A stretch of 63,483 nucleotides of DNA, filler included, from Saprolegnia diclina VS20 (taxonomy: Eukaryota), in the NCBI RefSeq assembly GCF_000281045.1. It is 6 parts of 5 records of this genome, joined end to end, with 100 filler letters (N's around TTAATTAATTAA, not from the genome) between each part and the next. Parts side by side here need not be neighbours in the genome. Positions count along the whole stretch, not along the records: positions 15,366 to 41,439 come from NW_008246230.1; 5 more parts are not named here. The stretch is one strand, 5' to 3'. The notes below the pieces were generated by a model. It worked only from the letters and a program-made list of their open reading frames with translations, was not told the origin of the DNA and did no database searches. Both the position numbers and the translations under genes were made by a program. Shown here piece after piece: positions 23,349 to 38,380 of the stretch (position 1 is the first letter of the stretch; each line of letters starts with the position of its first letter).

Positions 23349-25705
23349 TTAGCTGTCCGTCAAGTCGATCAAGTTGTCTGTGGTTGCCGCCTCACGTGTC
23401 GCAGACGCCGAGGACCCCACGATGACGAACACGTCGCGCGCGCAGGTGGCGCCGACGATGGCGTCGACATCCGCCAGGGATATCGGTGTTGGGAGGGCCA
23501 AGACAGCCTCTTGTTGACCATGGGTCCAGAGGCTGCACGGTGGCACCCGCCGCGCATCGCTCAGTGTCTGTCGAAGCATCGTCAAGAAGCCGCGTCGGTC
23601 GTCCTCCACTTGGCATGGCAGCGTCAAGTGTGGGACATCCGGCAAATCGCCGCGCAGCACCTTGGCCGCCAAGTAGTCGGGCGACACGTACGTATTGGTG
23701 GCATACGCAGTGAAGGAAAATTCCCATCGCAGCACACGCCTACGTGCACACTGAGCGCCAGTGCTCTGGAGTGGGCGGTCGACTCGTTACATTTGGACGA
23801 GCTGGACGATCCAAGCTTCGATCACGTCGCGAAGCACCCCCTTGGGAACCTTCTTGGCGTCAATTGTGTCGGGCCATTGGAGGCCTCGCTTCGTCAAAAG
23901 GCACTCGTCCACGAGCTGCTTGAGCGTATACCGCTTCTCTCTACATGGCTGTCAGCGATGAGCACATCGGAGAAGGTTGAGCTACTTGGTCTTGGCTGCC
24001 TGCAGCGTCGCGAGCACTTGCTGTGCTTGGTCGGAGCTCGAAATCGACGTCGAGGCCGGGGCACCGTCGCAAATGTCGCACGAATTCCCGCATGCGTCGA
24101 TGGTTTCGGCAAAGTACGCGCCCATGTGCACTTTCCGGCACTCTTCGCGCGCACTGCAGTAGCTCACGATCGACGTAAAGTTGGCAAGGCCGTCGCGCTC
24201 GGCGTGGACGAGCGCCGCGACCCGGGGCACGTCCATCGATCTATAGTACAAAATGCAGTGAGCCGGGGCCCCGTCGCGGCCGGCGCGGCCCGATTCTTGG
24301 TAGTAGCCTTCGAGCGACTTGGACATGGTGGCGTGGATGACAAAGCGCACGTCGGGCTTGTTGATGCCGAGTCCGAACGCGATCGTGGCCACCATGACCT
24401 GGAGGTTGCCTGCGACCCACGCCGTGTGCACCTACTCAAGATTCATTCAGCGAAATACAGTGTCGTGGGCGCACCGCGTGGCGGTCGGGGTGGTGGGCGT
24501 GGTAGTACCCTGCGGCGACACCGGCCTCGGAGAGCGCGGCGGCCAACGTCTCGGTTTCCTTGCGACTGAGGCAGTAGACGATGCCGGCCGAGGTCGGCGC
24601 GAACGCCTGCACGCAGCGCACGAGGTCCAGAGTCGCAGTCGCGTCCGAGGCATCTTTGCGTCGGACTTCGTAGTGCAAATTGGGGCGCAGGAACGACGTG
24701 TGGAAGAACGCGCAGTGCGGAATCTCGAGCAGCTTCTTGACGTCGTCAATGACCGAGGGCGTCGCGGTCGCCGTGAGCGCGAGCAATGGCACAGCAGGGA
24801 ATTGTCGCTTGAGGATCCCGAGCTTGGCATAGTCCTACGAGCCAGCAATGTTGTGCGACCTGCGATGGACGAGGAGTTTGTAGGATTACGTGTCGAAAGT
24901 CGTGGCCCCACTGGCTGCAGCAGTGGGCTTCGTCGATCACGAATCGCTGGAGCCGCTTGGCGTGGTACGCCTTCTCGAGGCGCGACATGAGTAACTTGCT
25001 GCCCGAGATCTTCTCGGGGGTCACAAAGAGCAGCAAAAGCGGCGTCTCGTCTTTGCCGAGGAGTCGCGCGTAAATGGCCGACGCGTCTTGGCGCGAGGTC
25101 TCGCCCGTGAGCGTGCACGCGGCGCCGTCGCCGTAGATGCGGCAAAAGTGCATCACCTACCCGGTGGTAGAGCGAATGCTGGGTCGCGCGATGACGTACT
25201 TGGTCGTGGATGAGCGAGACGAGCGGCGAAATGACGAGAGTAAAGCCAGCTGCCTGCATCAGACAGCACGTTCATACGACCATGTAGCCCAAGAGGGTAG
25301 ATACCTTTTCCAGCACGGCGGGAAGCTGGTAGCAGAGGCTCTTGCCGCCCCCGCTGCGCATGATGACAAACGCATCCTGCTTGCGCAGCGTGGTCTGGAT
25401 CACGGCTTCTTGTGTTGGGCGAAAGGTCTCGAGGTGAAACTAGTCGCAAGAATATGCAGTCGTGCATGCTACCGAGAGCGTACCTCGTGCTGAAGCGTCG
25501 CGGCCAGCATCGCCGGCGTCACGACAACGGTTGCGATGGCCTCAATGGCGTCGGTGGGCTCTGGCGCCGACGTCTTCTGGCGCTTCCGGCGTCGTCGCAG
25601 CGCATCTATCTCCTCTTGGAGCTCCATCTGCCGCTGCAGGAGCAGCTGCATCTCGAGCTCGACCTCGGCGAGCGCAGCCTCCTTGGTCGCAAGCTCGGCG
25701 TCCAT
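23349..25705 (-). CDS. RecQ-family DNA helicase (RECQL1-like), multi-exon
   Basis: [86 protein letters not shown] and the RQC Zn-binding [13 protein letters not shown]-terminal coiled coil. Confidence 0.95.
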
Positions 25706-25814
25706 GGTGTATCCGGCCAGATTATCCGGTATAACCCGCTCACTTGGAGCGAGTATACGTGGGCAAAAGATATGACTGAGCCGGAAAGTGAGGTCAAACT
25801 TGCCTTTGACGCCG

Positions 25815-28800
25815 ATGAACGAGTCCGTCGCCCCCGTGCACAAGGCGCCCGAGCTCCAGGTCACGACCTTCCGCGACTTCCAGACCAACTGCACCCTCCT
25901 CGAGAACTCCCTCCGCGACGGCGGCTCGGACCCGCGCCCGGACCTGCTGAAGCTGCAGACCTGGGTCCGCTGGGTCAACGACGGCCACGGGTCGCCGGCC
26001 CACGAAACGTACCTCTACTCGACGTCGCTGCCGCGCGTCGCCAATGGTTTCTTGCGCCGGTCCTTTGCGCGCTTCCCGGACGGCGACGTGCTCACGCAGA
26101 TCGTCGGCTTTCTGCGCGAGCTGGCCATGCACCTCGTGCGTCGCCTGCACAATTCGACGCAGCTCCTCGCCGACATTGAGACCTTGCACGCGCTCCTCGA
26201 TCCGAGCCACAACTTTTACATGTACCATGGCGTTCCGGCGTGGAACACGGAGATTGAGCTCGACGAAGAAGCCGTTGGTGACGCGATACCGATGTCCACG
26301 CAGGTGGGCGACGCCGTTGACGCGTACCATGCAGGCAAGCACGTGTGGCTGCAAGGCGTCGTCTTGGACGTGAAGGGCGATGGCGACGAGGCGTACGTGG
26401 GGTTTTACGGCCTCGAGCCGACAGGCGATCGCTGGCTGCCGCGCGCGCATCTCGCACCACTCGGGGCCAAGACCAAAGAGCACCGCCGTGGCCACGGACC
26501 GATCCGCACCGAGCTCGACGAGGACATTCCCGACGCCAACGACAGCGACCGCGCGCCGTACATGTGCGCGCTCCTCCGTCCCCGCGTCCCGTGCTCGCGC
26601 TTCTTTGTGGACGTCCTCAACGCGTTTGGCAGCGTCGGCGGCTTCCAAAAGCTCCCGCTCTTTGTGCTGCAGCCGCCCATCAACGTGGCCATGATCGCAA
26701 CCATCGTGTCGCTGATCGCGAACGTACTGCCGTGGGTCACGCGGCCCCTCGCGCACCAGCTCGTGCGGCAGACCGAGGCGTCCTTGCACTTGCACTGCCC
26801 CGACATGGTGCTCTCCCTTTTCGCCAGGGCATGCTCATCGACGAATGGTAGGAGCTCCGCAACATGACCAAGCCGATGATGGACACGCTGCACGCGGGCT
26901 TCAAAAAGATCTGCCGGCGCCTCTATGTGCGCGTCGATGCATCGCGCAAGGCGGACGAGCTCCTCCTCGGGCTTTGTCTCCGCTGCCTGCAAAGCGACGT
27001 GCTCGAGCACCGCCTCCACGGTCTGCGCTGCCTCACCGACTTTTTGCCGCTGATTCGCCACGCCAAGGTCGGGCACATCGACCTCAGGCACGTCGTTTGG
27101 ACTGAGATGGTTGTAGGCGCACCCGCTCGGCGTCAAGCTCGTCGCGTCGTCGCTGGCGTCGTCGTACCCGAGCCCAGCGTCGTCGGCGTCCTATGTGCTC
27201 ATTTCGCTGCCGATCTCCGAGGCTACCGACGAGGCGTCGCTCGCGACATGGTGTGAGACGCACCAAATCCTCTCGCTTCTCTGCAGCGCGCACGAGCAGC
27301 TCATTCGGCGCGGCGTTGACGTCGTCCGGTTCTTCTGCGAAGCGCACCGCTTTGGCCTCGCCGAGCTGCACCAGGTGTGGGACGCGGTCCTCGCCACCTC
27401 GACGGGCGCCGATGTCCGCGCGAGTCTCTTCTTCCTCCTCGAGTCGATCGTCGCGTGGCTCTCTGTGCCTGTTTGCAAGGAGCTCCTCCGGCTCTTGACG
27501 GCCTACCCGACCCCCAGCGTGCACGTTGTCAATTTGGTGGGCAGCATCGCCAAGCACGCCCCGATGGATGACCACCTGCATCTCGAGCCCCGATTGCAGC
27601 TGGCGCCGATCGAAGGCGACTTGTTCTCGATCCATGCGGCCTGTCGCTGCGAAGCCATCGAGCTTCTCTGGGGGTACCTCCACGACACGACGGACGACGG
27701 ACGGCGCCAGCTCTACGAGCCGGCCAAAGCGCAGCTCCAAGAAAGCATCGACGCCAACATTGATGCGGACGACCACCCGTCGCTGCTGGACGAACCGAGT
27801 CTGAGCCCGCTCGTGCTCGACGGCATCGTCGTCCTCTTGACGCAGTGCGTCGCGCGCGTCACGGCGCACGCCGATGTGCCGCAGGCGCTCGGGATTCTTG
27901 GCTACCTCCTGCATCTCTTCCCTTCGGACCACTGGAAGCTTGAGATCATCTCGTGGCTTCATGCGCGCCACATTGTCCAGCACATTTTGGACGACTTGGT
28001 CGATTTCAAAGCGTCTTTGGCCAGCGCCAGCGAGACGGACGACGCACTCGAGGACATGAACGCCGCGCTCTTGCGTCGTGGCAGCCACGTGGACTTTACG
28101 TCGCACCTCAAGGCCCGCCTCGGGTTCCTCTCGCTGCTGTGCGAGCTCGTGCCGCAGTCGCTTAGCGTCATGCCGTCGCACTTGAGCGTGCTCTGGGACA
28201 CGCTTCTGGTGCGCAGCGTCCTCCCGTCCGAGCGCAGCATGCTCTTCAAGTGGTTGCTCGCAAACGCAATGCACTTGACAAACGACGCGGTCGCATATGT
28301 GTTCGAGTCGCTCTTGAGCGACGTGGCCTTTCTCAAGAGCCCGTCCTTGAGCCCGCTCGCGCTCTCGTGCGTCCTCTGCTACTTTCGTCTGATGAACGAC
28401 CAAGCGGGCACGCTTCTTCTCGCGCCGTCCGCCACGACCGCGCCGTGCACAACGAACGCGTTAGTGATTCAGTCGCTGCCTCTGCGCGGCATGGACGCGC
28501 TGCTCACGATGCTGCTCGAGGCGTCGCATGCGACGGTCGTGGCGCAGACGCTGCGGTTCGTGGCGCTTTTGCCGTTCAAGCTCGGGCCGACAGCAGGCAC
28601 ATTGGACCTCGTGACCTTGAGCTTGGAGCGATTGGAGCCGCCGACGCTCGAGCGCGCACTGCTCTTGCTGACGACGTTTGTCGGCACGGACGTGGCGTCG
28701 GCGACTGCTCTCGCCAACGGGAGCTGGGTGCCGCACAGCAGCAACTCGCGCGGCCAAATGCTCACGCTGCTGCTCTCCAACTCGATCAAGGGCACGCCCA

Positions 28801-31800
28801 CGGTCGGCGCAAAAGTGCCGCTTGTCGTGTACGCCAACGACACGGTGCTGCAGATGCAGGTGGCGGCGACGCTCGCGCTGCAAGTGCCCATGGCCGTGCA
28901 GTACCTGCGCTTCTTCCGCGCAGGTCGCGAGATCCAAGAGCTCACGCGCTGCCTGTCACTGTCCGACGCCGGGTTCAAGGACGGCGACACGATCCTCGTC
29001 TCGCAGCGACCGAATCTGACGCCGGCGAGCGCCAGCGACTACGACGTGCCGATTGTGTTGTCGCCATCGTTGTTTCCCAAGCTATTGAGTCTCATGGACT
29101 CGCACGTCGAGGCATGGAACCTCTTACTGCGGCTGCCGACGCCCGCGTCGGTCGTCGATGCCATCCGCAAGCATGAACGCGAGTGGTCGGCGCTGCTGTC
29201 GTCAAGCCACCCGTCGCAGCTGCTGTACCGTCTTCAGGTCCTCGACGGGCTCTTGGCGGAGAGCAGCTTTTTGGACGCGTTTGTGGCGACACACGGACCC
29301 GCGTGCATCCTCCAGACGTTCCTCTCGCTGCGCCACGACAGCGGCCCGTCGGGCTTTGAAGCGTACGTGCGGCACGAGTCGGCGTTGGTGTGTCTCCGGC
29401 TCCTCACGCGCTTCCTCTCGGACGGCGCGACCGTGCAGTTCCCCAAACAGCTCGAGTGGGATGCCGACTTGTGGGTGGCGTCGGACCTCGCGACGCTGCC
29501 CGCTCGGGTCCTCGCCGCGTACGTCGACTGTGTGACGCCGTCGACCGGCACGTCGTTGCGCATCGAATGGGCACACGACGACATGGCGGCGCTCTGCAAC
29601 GCGTGCCAGCTCTGGATGGAGGTCTGCGTGCAACACGACCTGCACGGCCTCCTCGATACGCTCTGCAAGCTCTATGTGCTCGCAGCCTCGACGTTCCAGC
29701 AACTCCCGTCGTCGACCGTGCTCCACGGCCTCGTCAGCACACAGCGACCGATCCGCCTTCTCATTGCGCATACGCTGGTGCTCTTGGCAAGAGCCTCGGA
29801 CGCGGGTCTGGACGCCGACCGAGCGGCTGCGATGGTTGGCTTGTTGCGCGCTTTCGACGGCGACTCGGTCGAGTACGTGACGCTGCTCGGGCTCTTCGTC
29901 CTCGCCGCGGGCGACCGCGTGGCGAACGTGGCCGCGCTCTTTGAATCGTATGCGGCGCGCGTCTCGTCCCCCGCGACCTCGGCGACGTTCCTCAGCGACG
30001 TGCCGCACACGCAGCTGTTTGGGGACCTGGCGCCGACACCGCTCGAAGGCGCGCTCTTTGTTTTGCGATGCACCCTGGACAGCAGCCGTGCACTGCAGAC
30101 GTTCCAGCCGCAGCTGCTCCTCGACCTCTGGCATCTCGGCCTGTTTGCCTACCCGACGGCCGACAAAACACTCTGGTACCCCCGCTGCAGCACGCCGTCG
30201 AGCCGCCACGCGGCGTTCCAGCTGCTCTTGGATCTCTGCAGTATGCCGTCGACAACGTCGCTCTTGGAGAACGGCAACCTGGCGTTCGTGATGGAGCAAG
30301 TGCCGCCGGTTCTGGCGACGCTCACGCGCGTGTACGAGGACTGGGAGTGGGCGTTTGACCCGCACAGCGTCATGAAGTCGAGCACGGGGCGCGTCGGCCT
30401 GCGCAACCTCGGCTGCACGTGCTACCTCAACTCGACGCTGCAGCAGCTGTTTTACATGCCGCGCTTCCGCGACGCGATCTTGTCGCTGCCTACGGACCCG
30501 GACATGGACGTCGTGACGCAGACGCAGCGGCTCTTTGCGCACTTGGCCGCGACCGAGCAAAAGTGCGTCGACCCGACGCCGCTCCTCCACTGCCTCCACG
30601 ACGAAGCCGGCGGCCCGCTCAACGTCATGATGCAGCAGGACGCCGAGGAGTTTTTGACGCGCTTCGTGGACGGTGTGACCGAGTACCTCAAGACGACGAG
30701 TGCGCATACAAACGCCCTCGACGCGGTGTTTGGCGGCACGCTCTGCACGCAGCTGTGCTGCCAAGGCGGGTGCGGCTCGGTGCGCGAGACGGCAGCGACC
30801 TCGTTTGTGTGCATGACGGTCGAGGTCAAGGGCCACGAGAGTCTTCTCTCGAGCTTGCGCACCTGGAGCGCCGGTGAGATGCTCAGCGGTGTCAACTGCG
30901 ACGCGTGTGGGAGCAAGCAGGACACGATCAAGCGCGACTGCGTCGAGACGGCGCCCGAGACGCTCTTGCTGCACCTCAAGCGGTTTGAACTCAACTTTGA
31001 CACGTTTCTGCGCGAAAAGGTCAACGACGCCTTTGCGTTCCCGATGACGTTGGACCTGTTTCCGTACACGAAGGCGGGCCTCGACGCGCCGGACGCGACC
31101 ACGCCGACGCTGTACGACCTCGTTGGGTGCGTCGTGCACCTCGGCAGCACCGAGTCGGGCCACTACTACTCGCTCGTGCTGGACCGCGTCTCGGGCAAGT
31201 GGCTCGAGCTCAACGACGACTCGGTCTCGTTCTTTGATCTGCGGCTCCTGGAAACCGAGTGCTTTGGCGGGCCCGATGCGTCCGGAAGTCTCGTCCTCAA
31301 CACCAAGAGCGCGTACATCCTCGTGTACGAGAAGCAAGGGGCGACGGCATCGCTCGCGACGGCGTCGCTGCCGTCGGGGCTCGCCGACGACCTCCGCCGC
31401 GAAAACAAGGCGTTTGTCCAAGCGTGTTATGCGCACGACCCCACGTTTCTCGCGTTTCTGAGCGCCCTCCTCACGCGCCTCCCGCCCACAGAGAGCGACG
31501 TTGCCAGTGACGCGCCGCTGTCACCGTTTTTGCACGCGTGTGTGCGCGTCATGCACGTCTACGCGCGCGCGCACGTGCTCCAGCCGTTGCCGCTGATCTC
31601 GCTCTTGACGCACCAAGTGCGGTCGCCGGCGCTGTGCCAAGCGCTGCTGGCGCAGTACGCGTCGCACCCGTCGCATGTCGTCGAGATGCTCTTGTACTGC
31701 CCCAAGACGGCGGTGCGGTCCGAGTTTGCGGCCTTTCTGAGCCACTTGGTCGTCACGTCGCTGCCCCTCGAAGGCGAGTTGCTCGCACTCGGGCTCACGG

Positions 31801-32856
31801 GGCCGTCGCTCTTTGGGAAGCTCCTCGACCAGCTCTTCACGCTCTCGATGCTCGATGCGATCGTGCTGAGCTGGCGCACGATGGGCGAGTTCTTTGCGTT
31901 TTTCAAAGCCGCCGCGCTCGCCGACGGGCGCTGCCGCGACCTCATGCGCATGCACAAGTGCGGCATGTATCTCCTCGACCTCTTCCTCGGCGAAGCGAGC
32001 CCGCTCATCGGGTCGGTCTACCCGCCCTACTCGCGCAAGCGGCTGCCCAAGGTCCCCGGGAGCCAATTGACACCGCTTTTGGAGCTCGTCGCAGTGCTCT
32101 ACGAAGGCCAGTCACCGAGCAGCTTGGACGCAGAGACGCGGTCGTGCCTCCTCCTCAAGACGCTGTACGTGCGCATGTTTCAGTGCGCCGAGCACGCCAA
32201 AGCCCTCGCGACGCTTCTTGTCGAGTGGTGCACCGAGTGGGACGCGTTTACCAACTCAGTCATTGACGTCGTCGGCCACGTGCTCTCGACGCTCCAGATC
32301 TCGACGACCTCGAGTCTCGTCGGGCTCTGGGTCGTCCTCGACCCGTTCTTTCAACTCACCGACTCGCTCCAAGGCCGGCGCGCGCACGACTGCCTCGTGC
32401 TCATGTGGCGCAGCATCCAGTCGCACCGCGGCGTCCTCGCCCAGGCGCAGGTCCTTCTCCCTTGTCCTTGGACCCGGCGGCTCACTTGATGGAATAGGCG
32501 ATCGGGCTGCTCCTCGCGCTCGGGTCGGTCCATGCCCACGTCGACGCCGAGCTCCAAGCGACCCTCGGCGTGTGGGGGCCGTGGGTCGGACCGCTGCTTG
32601 CGAGTGTGCGCAAGCAGCCGTGGGCGTTTGACGTGACAACCTCGGATGGCGTCGCGCTCGAGTGGTGCCACGCGCTCTCGTTCGACCGCGTCGCCCAGTA
32701 CATTGCCGAAGCCAACCTCTGCGTTCCGTGGCTCGAGGTAGACTAGAACGTTTACGGTCCGGCTCTAAGTGCGCGTAGGCGCCGGCCGACGACGACGACG
32801 ACGACCGCGCCGACGCCGACGCGACGGCCTTTTTGTGGGACAACAGCATCGACTAG
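25815..32856 (+). CDS. Large ubiquitin-specific protease (C19, USP9X/24/34-like) with Tudor-like and ubiquitin-like domains, multi-exon
   Basis: Cys box GLRNLGCTCYLNSTLQQL (~30397), QQDAEEF, LKRFELNFDT, His box VVHLGSTESGHYYS and WLELNDDSV. Long helical N-terminal region. Last exon ends ...FLWDNSID*. Confidence 0.93.
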
Positions 32857-32893
32857 GCAACGTGTATATCCATGTATTCTCGTATTCTCAAGT

Positions 32894-34438
<1,545 letters not shown>

Positions 34439-34936
34439 TTAGAATGTGCCACCGACGGATATCTTTAGCAAGATCGCGCAATCCGGTCGTATCCGGATAG
34501 CCTTGATTCCACAAACACCGGTTATCCGGACGTCGCCACTTCAACATGTTTGCGCAACGCGTCGGCGAGTGGTCCGACGTCGTCCTGGAGCTTTCGCCAA
34601 AGGGGGTCCATTGCGCCGAGCGACTAACTAAACGGTGCTCGGGCGATTCAATCGTTCCTAGTCGTTTCGTTGGTCGAGTGGCATCGGGACCGAACGTCCT
34701 CTTGCTGGCAGGGGGTGTCACCAGAAGACTTTTCTGCTGCGCGCACGTGGTCCACGGCGGTTTTGCGCAATCGAAGCAGCTGGCTCTGGGCTGTCCGGTT
34801 GGACTTGATTTGGTGACATTTGGCGGGACGCAATGAATATTCGTGCGGGTGTGAAGCCGCGTTGGGTGCCCACACAGACATTCTAGTGGGACCAAGATGC
34901 GACTGGAATCTACTAGACATTATATTGACGCAGGAT

Positions 34937-37464
34937 TTAGTTGGTGGGCGCAGGCGTGCCCTTCTTGCTCTCCGTGCGCTTGAGCGTCGTGACTTCCTTG
35001 AGGATGTCCTGGTCCAGCGTCTCGTCGCGGTGCGGCGAGAGCTCGCCCGTCGCCTCGAGCAAGTCGCGCTTCTGCTCGACCCAGTTGACGAGTTCCTCAA
35101 GCGAAACTATGTGCATGAATCTCAACCTTTTCGACTACGAAAATGAGAACGTACTCTTGCCGTCCTTGTCCTCGTCGATCTGCGACACGATCCACTCGGC
35201 GGCCTCCTCCGTCTTGTTCTTGCGCAAAATCGTCATGACAGCCGTCTTGAACTCGGTCACGTCCACGACACCGTCCGAGTCGCGATCGAGAATGTTGAGG
35301 CGGTCACCGACGTCCTTGTCGACCTTGTCGAGCTCCACCTCGAGCTTGGAGAGCATCGAGTCGAGCTTCTTGAGCATGAGGTCCGCCGTCTTGTTTTCCT
35401 TGACAGCGCCAATGCGGCCGGCCGCGAGGAGGCCCTGGACGTCCATCGCGCTCTTGTCGATCTTCATCTTGGCCATGACCTGGCGTTCCTTCTCGACGAG
35501 CGACTTGAATGCAAGCGACTCGAGCGCGCTCACTTCTTCGAGCGTCAGCTTGCGTTCTTGCTCCTAGTGCCAAATAGTATCAATATGGCCATCTTGATAC
35601 AATATTGACGTACGAGAACGCTGGACGGCATCGCGTCGACGGACGAGACGCGCTCGGCCGGCAGCGTCTCGGAGAGGTTCTTGATCTCGGCGACGCGCGA
35701 CTGGTCGAGGGACGCCTCGAGGAGGTTGTCCATCTCGATCTTCTCCTGTTCGAGCTGCTTGGTCTCGTGGTCTTCCTGCTTCTTGGTCGCTTCGTCGTCC
35801 GAGCGCTTCTTGGCTTCTTCGCGAAGCTTCTCCTCGTCGGCAATCATCTCGTTCTGGTACCGGATCGACTCGAGCTGCAGTTCCTTGAGCTGGAGCTTAT
35901 CGGCGGTCGTCGCCGCGCCCGACGACGCCGGCTGCTTGGCCGCGAGCGCCACTTCGGTCACGACCTCCTCGTCCATGCTCGAGAGCGACGCCGCGAGCGC
36001 CGCCTCCGGGTTGTCGACCGACGTGATATTCATCGCACGCGACAGAATCAGGAGCGACGCCGGCACGTTCTTGTTGATCGAGAGATCGAGCCACTACGAG
36101 ACATAAGCCTCGACAACATCCTCTCAAACAGGGTACCTGGCGCATCTGCTTGACGTAGCCGGCCTTGGTGAGGCCCGTCGCACGCATACCCCGCTCCATG
36201 CACGCAATCTGAAGCTCTTCCTTGTTGAGCGAGTCGAGGCCTTCCCAGATGATTTCCTAATGCATTTTCGTTTTGAATACATCAGTGTTGACTCGAGGCG
36301 TACCTGGTCGTCCTTTTTGAGCGCACGGATCTTCATGCGCAGCTGGAAGCGCAGAAAGTTGTCGTTGCCGTACGGGTTGACGCCCATGTAGCGGCACATG
36401 CCCACGAGCTGCGGCCGCGAAATGTTGTCGAGCGTCACCTCGTCGTTGAAGAGGTACGCGATCTTGAGCGTCTCTTCGCTGCTCAGCGGCTCGCCGCGCT
36501 GCGCCCGCTCAATGAAGCTCATGACCTCCTTGGCCGTCGCGCGCTTCTCCTCGGTGAGGCCTTCGGTATCGCGCGTGTCCTGCATGACGTCCTTGACGGT
36601 CTCCTGGAGGAACTCGGCCAGCGACACGCGCAGCTGGAGCTGGCGCTTCATGTCTTCTTCGCGCTGAAAGTCGTGCTTGTACGTGCTCGGGAGCATGTTG
36701 GGGAACATCTTGAGCGCAAACGGAAGCAAGAGCTCCATGAAGGGCACGACGACAAAGAACGCAAAGGGCACAAGACGCAGCAAGTCGGCGACCGTGCGCT
36801 GGAGCTGCTTGCGCTCGCGGCGCGAGAGCGCGTTACCTTTGAGCACGCGGCGCAAGATGCGCGTCGACGTCGACACGTCCGCGTACAGCAGCTTGGTACC
36901 GATCCAGTAGTGCTTGAGTTCGTGGCCAATGTGCTCCTTGGTCTCCTTAAGCCACGCCTGGACGCGCGCCGGCTCCTGGATGCAGAGGCGGACCCACTCC
37001 TTCAGCGTCTTGGCCGCGCTCAGCGCCATGGACGGCGAGTTCTTGACAAAGCTCATTGCCTTCTGCGAGATCTTCTCGTCGAGGTTCTGCAGATCCTTGA
37101 CCTGGAACCCACGCTCGCCCACCTTTTCGAGCGCCTTGTCCAGGCGGTCTTCCTGCTCGTGGATAAAGCTCGAGTTGCGCCGGCGAAGCGTCACGTTGGG
37201 CTTCTTGGCATCAGTGCTCATGAAGCGCGCGTGCGTAAACGGCGACGTCGCATGGGCGTAGTGCAGGCGGGGCGTGACCGCCACCAAGGCGGCGCTCGAG
37301 GCCAACGAGAGGCCATGGGCGGCCTCCTGCAGCGCGAACTGCCGAGGCGTGATGCGGAGCTTGTCCTCGCGCTCGCTCGAGGTGGGCATGGCGGAGAAGG
37401 CCGCATGCGCCCATGTTGGCGTCTGGCGCCGGGGCACGGACTTGGTCAAGGCGGCGCGGAGCAT
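34937..37464 (-). CDS. LETM1: Mitochondrial LETM1/MDM38 protein with EF-hands, multi-exon
   Basis: HYWIGTKLLYADV, LSRRERKQLQRTVADLLRLVPF..VVPFMELLLP..KMFPNMLPST, LQIACMERGM, VPASLLILSRA. EF-hand loops DRDSDGVVDVTE and DEDKDG. Confidence 0.95.
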
Positions 37465-38380
37465 CCCTGGTCAACAAGCCAAATTGAGTTGTATGGCCAG
37501 GCTGCAATTTTAATACCAATTTTAATAATAATAGTAATAAAATACGCTGGATTTTGGATGAAAAAAGGACTGCGACCGCCAACGTACCAAGCAAAGTATA
37601 CAAACGTGCAAAGAATTACGGCGAATTCCTCCGGTTGGACAGAAAAGAACCAATCAGAATCATTCGTACAATGAAAGCAGCCAATCCACAACGCGCATTC
37701 GGATAATATCCGGATATCACAACCAACCACCACGAGGCCGCACCATCATTCCCGTGTCGAGCCGTCACTCTTGTATGACACGGGGCGCCACAGGAACATC
37801 ACGAGGAGCGCCTCATGATGGTCGTTGCATTCGAGTCGATTCAAGTCCACGGGTACTAACTAATTAGTGTAGTCGCCTACTATAATAACAGCTCGAACCA
37901 GCTGCCTGCACAAGTTTTGGCGCTGCGGCGCCAGGTGGGGACGCGGGGTGATAGGCGCTGCCGCTTGTTTGTCATCTGCAACCGGTGAAGGTTTGGGTGG
38001 CTTTCGTCGTGCTGGCAATGGCGTACTGCTTTACAGGTATGGGTCTCGTAGTCTACTAACGTTAGTCTAGTTCTAACGCGTTATGCACACCAGAACACAC
38101 ATCTGGCCCTTAACAGCCCAAATTTCACAGCGAATCAAAGGCTCCGGGCATGAACGCCTGACACAAGCTCTGGAGTCTCAACACAGCGTGTGGAGCACTA
38201 ATCTCAACGCCAATGACGCTCAACGCACACTTGGACAACATTGCTTGGACAAGAGCAATAAGACGGAGCCCTGGGGCCAGCGTCCTTCCAGACGTGTGAC
38301 ATATTGTAGCTATCAGCGGGAAAGAAAAATTCAGTGTCGTGCAAACTGCTGGCGCCAGCAAATGGACTTTGGAATCCGCG

